The translations under genes were made by a program, and so were the position numbers. From a virus (taxonomy: Duplodnaviria; Caudoviricetes): a stretch of 64,000 bases of DNA. Under the pieces are notes generated by a model that was given only the letters and a program-made list of their open reading frames with translations, did not search any database and was not told where the DNA came from. Shown piece by piece: positions 8,610 through 17,839 of this stretch (positions are counted from its first letter, which is position 1; every line of letters begins with the position of its first letter). Location of the stretch: the IMG/VR virus record IMGVR_UViG_3300032007_000001; one strand, given 5' to 3'.

Positions 8610-9251
8610 ATGTTTGAAAATTTGTTTGAAAAAAGCAATATCACTGTAATGCTTGGTGGATTGCCAGGTTCTGGTAAGTCTTTCATTGCAAAACAATTTG
8701 AGAATCATGGTTTTCTTGTTATTTGTAAAGATACAATAAGGTATGAAATGGCTCGGCGTATTTTTGGAGATAAGCCAGAGCCTCTTTTTGATGATGAACT
8801 TGTGAGTATGGGAAGATTTGTACACCCAGTACTTAAAGATATAATTGAATCTTTTATTGCAAAAACTCCTGTTTTTACGCATGTTGATGAAAAGATAAAA
8901 AATCAAAAACATAATAAGTTTGCAAAAGAATACATCAAATCAATTGATTATAATAAATATAAATCAATTGTTCTTGACGCTACTCACTTTAATAAATCTC
9001 AACGTAAGCCTATGATTGATAATATCAATGAAAGAATGGATATATATTGCATATACATTAGCAAAAACGTTAATGACTCTTACAATGGCGTTCAAAAACG
9101 AGTAGCTTCTGTTGTTGGAATATATAATGGAGAAGAAGTTCATGGAAGAGATGTTCCAAGGAATGTATTGGAAGATATGCATAAATATGAAAGTTTGCCA
9201 TATAAATCAGAAGGTTTCAAAGAAGTATATATCATAGAAAACAAATTTTAA
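8610..9251 (+). CDS. P-loop kinase (AAA_33 / polynucleotide-kinase-like)
   Basis: GLPGSGKS Walker A, D-x-IR, VLDATH...R, RDVP...LEDM, P..SEGF. Confidence 0.85.
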   Translation: MFENLFEKSNITVMLGGLPGSGKSFIAKQFENHGFLVICKDTIRYEMARRIFGDKPEPLFDDELVSMGRFVHPVLKDIIESFIAKTPVFTHVDEKIKNQKHNKFAKEYIKSIDYNKYKSIVLDATHFNKSQRKPMIDNINERMDIYCIYISKNVNDSYNGVQKRVASVVGIYNGEEVHGRDVPRNVLEDMHKYESLPYKSEGFKEVYIIENKF

Positions 9252-9272
9252 GTTTTGTTAGCTGGTGATAAT

Positions 9273-9548
9273 ATGATAGAATCAAGAAATGTTGTAGACA
9301 TTTTTAAGAACGCCCCAGAAGGAACTTTTGTGCCTGAATTTTTTAAAGAAAAGTCTGAAGTAAAAGTCCGCCCAGCGTTTATTGACATCTCGGTTGTTTG
9401 TATGAGATGCGGGAATGTTTTGTATAGCGGATGCTATGAAAAAGGCATTATTGGAAAACTGAAGAAAAAAATCAAAAAAGCGAAATGGGTGCACCACTCA
9501 GAAGAAGGGACACTTTGTCCTGACTGTTTTAATGCAATTTCAAAATAA
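9273..9548 (+). CDS. Zn-ribbon hypothetical protein
   Basis: CMRCG...LCPDC. Confidence 0.6.
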   Translation: MIESRNVVDIFKNAPEGTFVPEFFKEKSEVKVRPAFIDISVVCMRCGNVLYSGCYEKGIIGKLKKKIKKAKWVHHSEEGTLCPDCFNAISK

Positions 9549-9602
9549 ATTAATTTTAAGCTGGACAATGTCCAGCTTTTTGTATTGAAAGGAGAAAACA
9601 TT

Positions 9603-9965
9603 ATGAACCAGACATTTATCTCAACGCCGTATCACACAATTCCCAAGGATAAAATTCTTTCTATTTCTGTTGGGACAGATGACAAAAATCCAGATTTGTG
9701 TGCATTAATGGCACATATGATTAATGGACAATCTATTATGTTTCTTGCAGCTTCACATATTTCCATTGTGCATGACCTAAAAAGAATTATAGAAGAACAT
9801 TGGGAACAACATATTTTTGTAGACCAATTTTTACCAACCATTGTCAATAACGTAAAAGAAAAAAACCAAAATCGGCCCATTGTTTATAGCTATATTTCGG
9901 AAGACCACCTCGTTCATTTATACGAAAAAGAAAAGAAACGTATAGAGGAGGAATCTAAGAAATGA
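9603..9965 (+). CDS. Hypothetical protein
   Basis: AAAGGAG SD. Confidence 0.65.
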   Translation: MNQTFISTPYHTIPKDKILSISVGTDDKNPDLCALMAHMINGQSIMFLAASHISIVHDLKRIIEEHWEQHIFVDQFLPTIVNNVKEKNQNRPIVYSYISEDHLVHLYEKEKKRIEEESKK

Positions 9966-10654
9966 AAACTGTGCAAGAAACGTTAAAAAACATTGATAGG
10001 TCAAAACTTATCAGTGAAGTTTATGACAGACATCATACTCCTTTATATGAATTGGAAAAAAGAATAAAAGACGATGAAAAACAAAGAACTGTCATTGAGA
10101 TTATTGAACGATTTAAGAAGATTTACAATAACTTCATTGACAGATTGATTTCTTTGCCAATTCAAAAAATGAAAAATAATGACAATGGAATCTTTTTTGT
10201 TCACGATAAATATGATACTAATTTCGATAATAATGAATTTGCATTAGTATATATCAACGAATTAAAAGAAAAAGGCGTTGACGCACAAAGCTACGCTTTT
10301 GAATTTGTAAAACAAGAAGAGATTGTAGGATATTTGATTAGCGATTCAAAATATACGCAGGATAATTTATATGAACTGCTTGCCTTTATTCTTGACGAAG
10401 CTTCTTTCTTTGGTTTTGAAAATGAAAAACTTGAAGAAGAGCAAAGGAAATTGGAAGAAAGCTTAAAAGAAATAGAAGAAGGAAAAGCAAAATTACTTAG
10501 TGCACAAGAAGTCTTCAAGGAATTTGATATGGATTTTGAAGATGAAAATGATGAAGAAAAAGATGAAGCTTCAAGAAAATGCGCAGAAGCAATTTACGAA
10601 TACGGGAAAATCTTTTTCAAACGAGAAATCAATCACATTTTAGAGCAAATATAA
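9962..10654 (+). CDS. Hypothetical protein
   Basis: 230 aa; ATGA overlap; SYAFEF..QEE..GY...ILDEASFFG pattern. Confidence 0.7.
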   Translation: MKTVQETLKNIDRSKLISEVYDRHHTPLYELEKRIKDDEKQRTVIEIIERFKKIYNNFIDRLISLPIQKMKNNDNGIFFVHDKYDTNFDNNEFALVYINELKEKGVDAQSYAFEFVKQEEIVGYLISDSKYTQDNLYELLAFILDEASFFGFENEKLEEEQRKLEESLKEIEEGKAKLLSAQEVFKEFDMDFEDENDEEKDEASRKCAEAIYEYGKIFFKREINHILEQI

Positions 10655-10668
10655 GGGAGATTTGTAAT

Positions 10669-11094
10669 GTGGAAAAATTAGTTCCTATACAATATGATGA
10701 AAAACTTACAGAATTTAATTTAGAAGAAAATAAAAATTGTGATGATAGGATTGAAACACTATTAATATTACATGATTATGATTGGATGAACTACAAATTT
10801 ATTACAATTTTGCCAACAAAAAAACAAGGATATTTGAAAGTAGAGATAGAGTATTTTGGAACATCCACATCAATTATGAAGGTTTGGCAAACAATTAATG
10901 AAAAAGTATATATACACGAAATTGATTTTGATGCTTATATTTTTATCGATTTTGTAAAAGATTATATGACAAAGCATATTCAAAATTGGGAAGATACATA
11001 CGCTTTTTGTGGCGAAAAAGAAGCAATTGAAATTTTCAATAAAATTTTGAACAATGTAAAAAATTATAAATTAGTAGAAGATAGCGATGATTAA
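10669..11094 (+). CDS. Hypothetical protein
   Basis: GTG start after GGGAG. Confidence 0.6.
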   Translation: MEKLVPIQYDEKLTEFNLEENKNCDDRIETLLILHDYDWMNYKFITILPTKKQGYLKVEIEYFGTSTSIMKVWQTINEKVYIHEIDFDAYIFIDFVKDYMTKHIQNWEDTYAFCGEKEAIEIFNKILNNVKNYKLVEDSDD

Positions 11095-11148
11095 ACGAAT
11101 TGACAAAAACTATTTTTTTATAGATGATATTTTAAGGAGTGAAAATTG

Positions 11149-11664
11149 ATGAGCTATTTGATGAAGAAAACAGCAGAACCAAAAGGAGAAAGAATTTCAA
11201 TTGATGAAAAATGGGATTTAGATACAGCTCTTCTTAAAGATAATATTGACTATTATATGGACCCATATAATATCGACAATAATGATTATGCTATAAAGGA
11301 TGTTTTCGAAGGTGCGGAAGCAGCTGGTATCGATATCGGAAAACTTGGCAAATGCGAATATATCGTTTTAATGGAAAACGTTGAAAACATTTTGGATAAA
11401 TCATATAATACTTTGGAAATCATAAAAATGATTAAAGAAGGAGAAATCGATATCGACCCAGACGATAAATACGTTATGGTAGTATATGAACCAAGCCGTA
11501 AATATGTTTCGTCTAGCGACATTTACGATAAACTCCCTGAAATCAAAAGTAAGTTTTTCGATTTTCTTGTAAAGAAAGCAAAATCAGGAGAAATCGATGA
11601 TATGAATAAATATGACATAACATCATATATTGTCGATGCGTCTTTAGTACAAAAAGAGGATTAA
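11149..11664 (+). CDS. Acidic hypothetical protein (MSYLMKKTAE leader)
   Basis: AAGGAG SD. Confidence 0.7.
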   Translation: MSYLMKKTAEPKGERISIDEKWDLDTALLKDNIDYYMDPYNIDNNDYAIKDVFEGAEAAGIDIGKLGKCEYIVLMENVENILDKSYNTLEIIKMIKEGEIDIDPDDKYVMVVYEPSRKYVSSSDIYDKLPEIKSKFFDFLVKKAKSGEIDDMNKYDITSYIVDASLVQKED

Positions 11665-11667
11665 AAA

Positions 11668-12372
11668 ATGAAGTTTGATGAATTAAGCGAAAGTGCAAAA
11701 GAAAAAGCAATTAATGATTTAGTTAATTTCTATACAAACATGGTTGTAACTTATGGTGATAAAACGTTAGAAAACAATTGGTGTTTTAGCGTTTTGGATG
11801 ATTTTGTAACAACGCAAAAAGAAACGTATGGATTTGCTGTAGATAAAGAGAAAATAAGTTTTGACGTAAGTGACCCAGCTGGCGGAGATAATTACGCAGA
11901 ATTTGAAATACCAAATAAAATACCAGCAGCAATGTTCGAATTTATTTTTAAGCAACTTTCTTCCGTTACAAGAAAAAAAGAAGAAAAACAAAAAATAATG
12001 AATTTGCTTAATGAATCTCCAATAGAAGGCGTTTTTGGAAATCAAAAAGCAAATTCAAGAGAGAAAAATCATATATCTTTGAATTGGGAAATTTTTGAAG
12101 ATAAGATAGATACATTAGACCCAGAAGTATATGAACCGGAAGTTGCAATATCTCAAAAAACTTTCGACAAATTGAATGATAAATTTATCGATATACAAGA
12201 TTCTACAGAAGAAAAATTCACAGATTTGTTTAATGGTTTGGCAATAAGTTTGCTGAGCAATTTAGAAAAAGAAATAGAAAGTTTATATGAGAATGCTAAA
12301 AATTCAGCAAAAGAATATGATTATGATGAAAAAGGAAATATCATTCCAGTTGATATGAGAGAAGTTATTTAA
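11668..12372 (+). CDS. Acidic hypothetical phage protein
   Basis: FDELSESAKEKA N-terminus and YDYDEKG C-terminus, a pattern I recall from uncharacterised phage proteins. Confidence 0.7.
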   Translation: MKFDELSESAKEKAINDLVNFYTNMVVTYGDKTLENNWCFSVLDDFVTTQKETYGFAVDKEKISFDVSDPAGGDNYAEFEIPNKIPAAMFEFIFKQLSSVTRKKEEKQKIMNLLNESPIEGVFGNQKANSREKNHISLNWEIFEDKIDTLDPEVYEPEVAISQKTFDKLNDKFIDIQDSTEEKFTDLFNGLAISLLSNLEKEIESLYENAKNSAKEYDYDEKGNIIPVDMREVI

Positions 12373-12376
12373 GTTA

Positions 12377-12405
12377 TTTACATTTCTATATTTGTGTGGT
12401 ACAAT
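12377..12405 (+). promoter_or_regulatory. SigA-type (early) promoter
   Basis: TTTACA-17nt-TACAAT with extended -10 TG. Confidence 0.75.
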
Positions 12406-12441
12406 ATATTTGTATGAGCAGTGAGGAAAGGAGGAGAATCA

Positions 12442-12522
12442 ATGGAATATAATAGAGAAGATTTGGAATTGATTCGTTCTGGTGTACCTTTGGAAATTGT
12501 ATTGATGATTAAAAGGAAATAA
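12442..12522 (+). CDS. 26 aa microprotein MEYNREDLELIRSGVPLEIVLMIKRK
   Basis: Own promoter, very strong SD AAAGGAGGAG, own terminator. Confidence 0.7.
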   Translation: MEYNREDLELIRSGVPLEIVLMIKRK

Positions 12523-12551
12523 AAAAGAGAGGCTATAAAGCCTCTCTTTTA
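12522..12551. terminator. Bidirectional intrinsic terminator
   Basis: AAAAAGAGAGGCT-ATAA-AGCCTCTCTTTTT. Confidence 0.8.
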
Positions 12552-13319
12552 TTATGCAGATTTTCTTTCGTAATGTTTTTTGTAGTAAAGAGATTTTAGA
12601 ATTTCTGATAATCCTTCTTTTTCTCTCATCTTCTTAAATCTCATGTAAATGTTTGAAGGACTAATCCCAGTCTTTTCTGAAATTTCCTTTACCGAATACC
12701 CATCAACTGTCATATTTACTATGACTTTTTCTTCGCTGTCAAGCTTCGGTAAAATGTTTGACTTCAGAATTGATTTGAATAATACATCATCCATTGTATC
12801 TTCAAATTTCTTATCCTCAATGACATTTTCTACTGTAACGTCCATGTCTTGCATCATTGAATTTAATGAAATTTCGCCTTGCTCGTTTTTTCTCTTTTTG
12901 GAATTGTTACGAATCTGAATCATTCCAACGTGATTCTGCGCCGCCGTCCACAGCAACGTATTAAAACAGCTGGAACCTCCTGCTTCGTATTTGTCGATGC
13001 AATGTAATAACACCATTGCCAATTCCTGAACAAGGTCTTCATTGTTGTACTTTGCTGCTACATAACCGAACTTCTTTTTGTAGTGGTTATATAGGAAATT
13101 AAATGCTTCTTTACATCCACACTTAAAATCCTCAACAGCTTGTTCTAAAGTGGGCTTCTTAAATTTTAGCGCTGAAATAATTGCTTTTTCAGCATCATCC
13201 ATGAGCTTTGGCAAATCCATGTAGGTAATACAGTCGTCTTCGTCAAAAGAGTTTCTGGTAATCTTTACCGGAAACTCATTGTAAACTATGACGTCATCAG
13301 AGGATAAAGCTACGTCCAT
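12552..13319 (-). CDS. Phage RNA polymerase sigma factor (sigma70 family, SigH/ECF-like)
   Basis: Region 2 EAFNFLY...EDLVQE...IDKY...FNT..W..AQN; region 4 HTH DGYSVKEISEKTGISPSNI. Confidence 0.85.
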   Translation of the reverse strand: MDVALSSDDVIVYNEFPVKITRNSFDEDDCITYMDLPKLMDDAEKAIISALKFKKPTLEQAVEDFKCGCKEAFNFLYNHYKKKFGYVAAKYNNEDLVQELAMVLLHCIDKYEAGGSSCFNTLLWTAAQNHVGMIQIRNNSKKRKNEQGEISLNSMMQDMDVTVENVIEDKKFEDTMDDVLFKSILKSNILPKLDSEEKVIVNMTVDGYSVKEISEKTGISPSNIYMRFKKMREKEGLSEILKSLYYKKHYERKSA

Positions 13320-13506
13320 TTTTCCACCCGACTTTCTTATAAGATAAATTATTTTATTAGGAAAAAACGTCCTCGTTTTTTTAATTTCAAATTTTTTATT
13401 TTCTAATTTTTTTATCTATTTGATAATTAAAAAAACTTTTGCGAACATTTTTTCCTCCCCGAAACTTATATTACCACTAAATTTTAAAAGTGGGAACCAC
13501 TGTATA

Positions 13507-13665
13507 TCAGTTTTTTCTATCGAATAAGTTATTTATTTTTTCAAGGTCGATTTCTTCTTTCTTTTTCGGCTCTAACATGATTTCAAGCCATTCTGGAACT
13601 TTATCATTATTTGGGTTTTGAGAATTCCAAACATTTCCAGTGATTTGTTGATTTACAGTTTCCAC
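13507..13665 (-). CDS. Small hypothetical protein (52 aa)
   Basis: GTG overlapping the upstream TAG; GGAG SD; not in ORF track. Confidence 0.5.
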   Translation of the reverse strand: METVNQQITGNVWNSQNPNNDKVPEWLEIMLEPKKKEEIDLEKINNLFDRKN

Positions 13666-14309
13666 TATTTTGAATCTCCTTCCTGTTCTTCGGTTTCTTC
13701 TTCATTATTTTCTTCTTGATTTTCATCATTGTCATTATTGTTAGAATTTTCTTCGATTTCTTTACTATTTTCTTCTTCAACGTTTTCTTCGTTTCTCATG
13801 TCAACGACGTCTTCATTCATATCGTTAATGTCATCAAGCAATTGATTCTCAATTTCGTGCGTTTCTTCTGTGTTTTCGAGAGTTTCTATAGCTTCATCAT
13901 ATGGTAATTCTCTTTCATCAACTTGCTCATTTTCTGTTTCTTCTATAATTTCGTCAATGTTAGGTAAAGTCGGAATCATGTGGTCTTGCGGTTGTTCGTG
14001 TTCTTTTTCTATAGTTACTTCATTTTGTTCTTCTTGTGGTTGATTGTAAGCATTAATAATACTATCATCTACCATGACCTGAAGCAATCTATCAAACCGG
14101 TAAGACCTAATTGACCCGTCCGGTTTATAACACATCAACAATAAATTGTTGTCTTTACTAACACTCCACCCATAAGCTAGTGCTTCACGAAATCCACTTC
14201 CTTCATATTCAACATGAATAGGAATATTGTTTGCCATAGAATCTGTTATAAATTGTATAGCTTGGTCTCCTAATCCAACACTTACATATTCAGCTAATTT
14301 TTTTCTCAT
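13665..14309 (-). CDS. WYL-like (SH3-fold) N-domain with long acidic tail
   Basis: IHVEYEG...RE..AYG...LLMCY....IRSYRFDRL; E/N-rich tail. Confidence 0.6.
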   Translation of the reverse strand: MRKKLAEYVSVGLGDQAIQFITDSMANNIPIHVEYEGSGFREALAYGWSVSKDNNLLLMCYKPDGSIRSYRFDRLLQVMVDDSIINAYNQPQEEQNEVTIEKEHEQPQDHMIPTLPNIDEIIEETENEQVDERELPYDEAIETLENTEETHEIENQLLDDINDMNEDVVDMRNEENVEEENSKEIEENSNNNDNDENQEENNEEETEEQEGDSK

Positions 14310-14464
14310 TTTTATCACACTTCTTTGATTGTTTTTCTTCGCCAGTAATCATTGAAATAAATGAATTTTCTCCAATTTCTTGTTTTATGAAATTATATGT
14401 ATTACTATTTTCTGCTATGCTATTTAAGTATTTATCTATATCTTTCATTAATTAATTCCCTTCT

Positions 14465-15181
14465 TTATGAATAAATATTTTTACTTTTATTGTTATCTAT
14501 ATATTGAAAAACTGGTCTAAAACAAAAATTTGCATCACATAAAACATCAAATTTAACTGAATGAGAATTATTAGTATGAAAATAAATTATATTTGACGAT
14601 AATGTAAATTTTTTATTTGCAAAATTTTTTTCAATTAATAAATTACTATCATCAACAAAAAAATATTTACATGTTACACCAGTATATTGACTTTTTGCAT
14701 ATAATGCTACATATGCACTAAAATGTATTACAACGTTACAAACAGATAATTTATTATTATTAATAATTTCTAAATTTTTATTACCAAAATTATATGTTTG
14801 ATAATATGGACTACCTTGTCCATTTCCAGGGAAATATTGTTTATTTAATTTACGTAATTCTTCCGGTATATACGGGTCAACACTATTTGCTGGATAACCA
14901 TACCAATCACTGGAAACAAAAAATGTATTTGAAGAATCACAACATTTATCATAATGCCATGAATTAATATCATATTTTGTTATAGCACCATTTAATGTAT
15001 TATTTCTAATAAATGCGTTATATTCATTTTTAGATAAAGTTCTTATTAAAATATTTAACTTACTAATTTGATTATTGTTTATATTTGAATTGATAATAGA
15101 ATTTTTTATATTTAATAATTCCGGCGGGAATTCTGTATTTAATATTTCATTATATAATTCATCTGAAATTATATGCGACAT
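14465..15181 (-). CDS. Variable-middle paralogue family member 2
   Basis: IRTLSKNEYNAFIRNNTLNGAITKYDINSW ... CFRPVFQYIDNNKSKNIY. Confidence 0.8.
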   Translation of the reverse strand: MSHIISDELYNEILNTEFPPELLNIKNSIINSNINNNQISKLNILIRTLSKNEYNAFIRNNTLNGAITKYDINSWHYDKCCDSSNTFFVSSDWYGYPANSVDPYIPEELRKLNKQYFPGNGQGSPYYQTYNFGNKNLEIINNNKLSVCNVVIHFSAYVALYAKSQYTGVTCKYFFVDDSNLLIEKNFANKKFTLSSNIIYFHTNNSHSVKFDVLCDANFCFRPVFQYIDNNKSKNIYS

Positions 15182-15383
15182 ATAAACAGCCCCTATAAAA
15201 AGGAAAGACGACAAGTCTTACTTTGTACTATGTAAATTCTCAACGTATGAATATATTCACAATCAATATATTTTTATATGTACACTCTAAAAACTTTATA
15301 TTGTGACGGTCACATACATCTTATTTTACCCTTCTAAAGTATGATTGCCTCTTTCATCTAATTTATATATGTAATATTAAAGA

Positions 15384-16331
15384 TTATAATTGTTTTTCTG
15401 TTTTCATTATCAAATTTTCCATAAATTCGTAAATATCTTTGCAATAGAAGTTACTTACGCCGGCAGCAAAACCGTGTCCACCGCCACCAAACTCTTCCAT
15501 TATTTTCCCGACATTAATCTTTTCACTTCTCGCCTTGATAGAGATTCTTTTTTTGTTTTGTATAATAAGATACATTACGTCAATTTCTCTGACGTTCTTG
15601 AGTATATCTATGATATGAGATGCATCATTAAATGTAGAATCGCTGTCACATATTTCTTCTTTTGTTATGATAAGATAAGCGATTCTTGTTTTTGGATTGT
15701 ATACCAATTTATTGAAAACTTTTCCAATCAATTTTAATACTGATACATTATATTTTTCGATATCGTTAATCAAAGTAATATCTGCTTTATAATGCATAAG
15801 TTCTGATGCCATCTGATGTATGTCAAAAGAATCATTATATATACGAAAATTATTCGTGTCTCCTCTTATTGATAAGAGTAAACATGTAGCTATATATGAT
15901 GTAATTTCAAAATTCAATTCTTTGAGTAATTGATAAATCAATACGCCTGTCGCTTGGACATTTTCTCTCCAAATGATATCGCCTTCTTTACTATCACTTA
16001 TATGATGGTCTATGACGATAATTTTTTCTCCCAATTCATTGCAGTTTATATACTTAATTCTGTCAAAATATGAACAATCCAAAACGAATACTAAATCAAA
16101 AGTTTCGTTCTTTTTAGGGAGTCTTTTTGTACATGAATCTTTTACTATTTTCTTAAAAGAATCATTTAATGTGGTTTGTATTACGTGCGTTACATTTTTA
16201 TTATATTGGAGAAGCGCTTCTTTTAAGGCCAATGATGAGCCTAATGCATCTGCATCTGGTCCATCATGGCTGATGATGCAAATGTTTTTTGCATTATCGA
16301 TGCATTGCTTTATTTTTTCTATAGTTTGCAT
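15384..16331 (-). CDS. DHH/DHHA1 phosphoesterase (NrnA-like nanoRNase/pAp phosphatase)
   Basis: SHDGPDADALGS, VLD, IDHH, GDTNNF, GGGGHGFAAG. Confidence 0.92.
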   Translation of the reverse strand: MQTIEKIKQCIDNAKNICIISHDGPDADALGSSLALKEALLQYNKNVTHVIQTTLNDSFKKIVKDSCTKRLPKKNETFDLVFVLDCSYFDRIKYINCNELGEKIIVIDHHISDSKEGDIIWRENVQATGVLIYQLLKELNFEITSYIATCLLLSIRGDTNNFRIYNDSFDIHQMASELMHYKADITLINDIEKYNVSVLKLIGKVFNKLVYNPKTRIAYLIITKEEICDSDSTFNDASHIIDILKNVREIDVMYLIIQNKKRISIKARSEKINVGKIMEEFGGGGHGFAAGVSNFYCKDIYEFMENLIMKTEKQL

Positions 16332-16415
16332 GAGCGATATCTTTCCTTGTAAATAATAAAAAATAATCTATTTACAAAATATCACTACTGCTTATATTTA
16401 TAAAAAAGGTGAGGA

Positions 16416-17579
16416 TTACCTCACCTTTATTTTGCTAATCAATATAGTATTTATTGCCATTAATGTTGCGAATATATTCAACATTAGATTATAATTGCCT
16501 GTCAATTCATATGTGTATGATATGATTGGCGAGGCACACAATCCAGCCAATCCCCATGCAAACAACGTTCTTCCATGTATAACCGACAAATGTTTTTTGG
16601 TAAATAAATCAATTATAAATGATGGAACCACAGCAAAATATCCGCCATATCCAGATGCTATAAGAAGCAATAATACTTCATATAAATACTCGTTTGTAAT
16701 AAACGGAAGTAATGTATAAGAAGCGCATTCTATAGCCATAAACGTTAGTATTGTATTGGGACGTCCAAAATAATCACTTAAGCTACTCCATAAAATTCTT
16801 CCGGCACCATTTACCAATCCAACAAAACCAACGAATGCAGCTGCTCTTACAGGAGTAAATTCAAACGTTTGCTGCAACATTGGAGATATCACCGCAAGCA
16901 ATGCTATACCACAAAGAATATTGATATAAAATGTTATGAACAGCAACTTAAAATTATTTGTTTTGCATATTTCTTTTACCGACAACGATTTTATTTCGTT
17001 ATCTTGTTCGATAATATCATCTGGATAATCCAAATAGAAAGATGCCGTAAACATAATAATTGGATAAATAATTCCTAAAATAATGAAGTTATTTACCAAC
17101 CCATAACTGCTTAACAGATATTGCATTAATGGACCAGCTATCATAGCTGCAAATCCAAACGACATTACTGTAGCTCCACCAGCAAATCCTGGTTTATCCT
17201 TAAACCATGATATAATGCATTTTACTGGAGTAACATATCCAATACCATAAGCACATCCGCATATTACGCCATTAAAAAGATACATTAATATAAGATTGTG
17301 AGTTAGTATAGCAAAAGCAGAACCTTGAAGACCAATAGTAAACAACAATCCAGCTAAAGCACCGGTTTTTCTTGGTCCATATTTTTCTACCCATTTTCCG
17401 CCAAAAGACGCCGAGGTGCCTAAAAAGAAAATTGCAATGGAAAATATAAACGTTGTAGCAAAAAGCGACCAGGATGTCTCTGAGATAATAGGAAGCACTA
17501 ATGTGCTATACGCATATACAGAACCGATTGAAATATGTATAGCACATGCTGCCAATAACATTAACCATCTATTTTTCAT
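16416..17579 (-). CDS. MFS transporter, OFA (oxalate:formate / lactate) family
   Basis: NRWL...IHISIGSVYAYS, VEKYGPR, GYVTPV...WF.DK.GFAGG, NGAGRILWSSLSD.FGR, IHG....AWG; about 12 hydrophobic helices. Confidence 0.92.
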   Translation of the reverse strand: MKNRWLMLLAACAIHISIGSVYAYSTLVLPIISETSWSLFATTFIFSIAIFFLGTSASFGGKWVEKYGPRKTGALAGLLFTIGLQGSAFAILTHNLILMYLFNGVICGCAYGIGYVTPVKCIISWFKDKPGFAGGATVMSFGFAAMIAGPLMQYLLSSYGLVNNFIILGIIYPIIMFTASFYLDYPDDIIEQDNEIKSLSVKEICKTNNFKLLFITFYINILCGIALLAVISPMLQQTFEFTPVRAAAFVGFVGLVNGAGRILWSSLSDYFGRPNTILTFMAIECASYTLLPFITNEYLYEVLLLLIASGYGGYFAVVPSFIIDLFTKKHLSVIHGRTLFAWGLAGLCASPIISYTYELTGNYNLMLNIFATLMAINTILISKIKVR

Positions 17580-17839
17580 TTATTCTTCATCAACCTCGAC
17601 ATGCATTCGTTACTACAAACCATCGTTTTCTTTGCGCGTTTTGTATGACGATATTCTCTCATAAAGAACTTTCCGCATACATCACAGCGGCATAATACTT
17701 TTGTAGTAGACCCTTTTGACAAATCTTTTACTTTTGCATTGAAAAAACTATTGAAGCCAGTGAACTTATACCCTTTCTTTTGATAAAATTTCCAATTTCT
17801 TGAAGACCATTTGACTCTTGCGACTTGATTCGTAATCAT
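17576..17839 (-). CDS. Zn-ribbon protein (resembles N-terminal modules of phage homing endonucleases)
   Basis: VKW..RN..FY..KGY...VKDLSKGS..KV.CRCDVCGK...CSNEC. Confidence 0.6.
   Translation of the reverse strand: MITNQVARVKWSSRNWKFYQKKGYKFTGFNSFFNAKVKDLSKGSTTKVLCRCDVCGKFFMREYRHTKRAKKTMVCSNECMSRLMKNK

Noticed and set aside
15190-15380. Intergenic region as a possible ncRNA or riboswitch
   Set aside because: Only short imperfect stems and no recognisable family motif.
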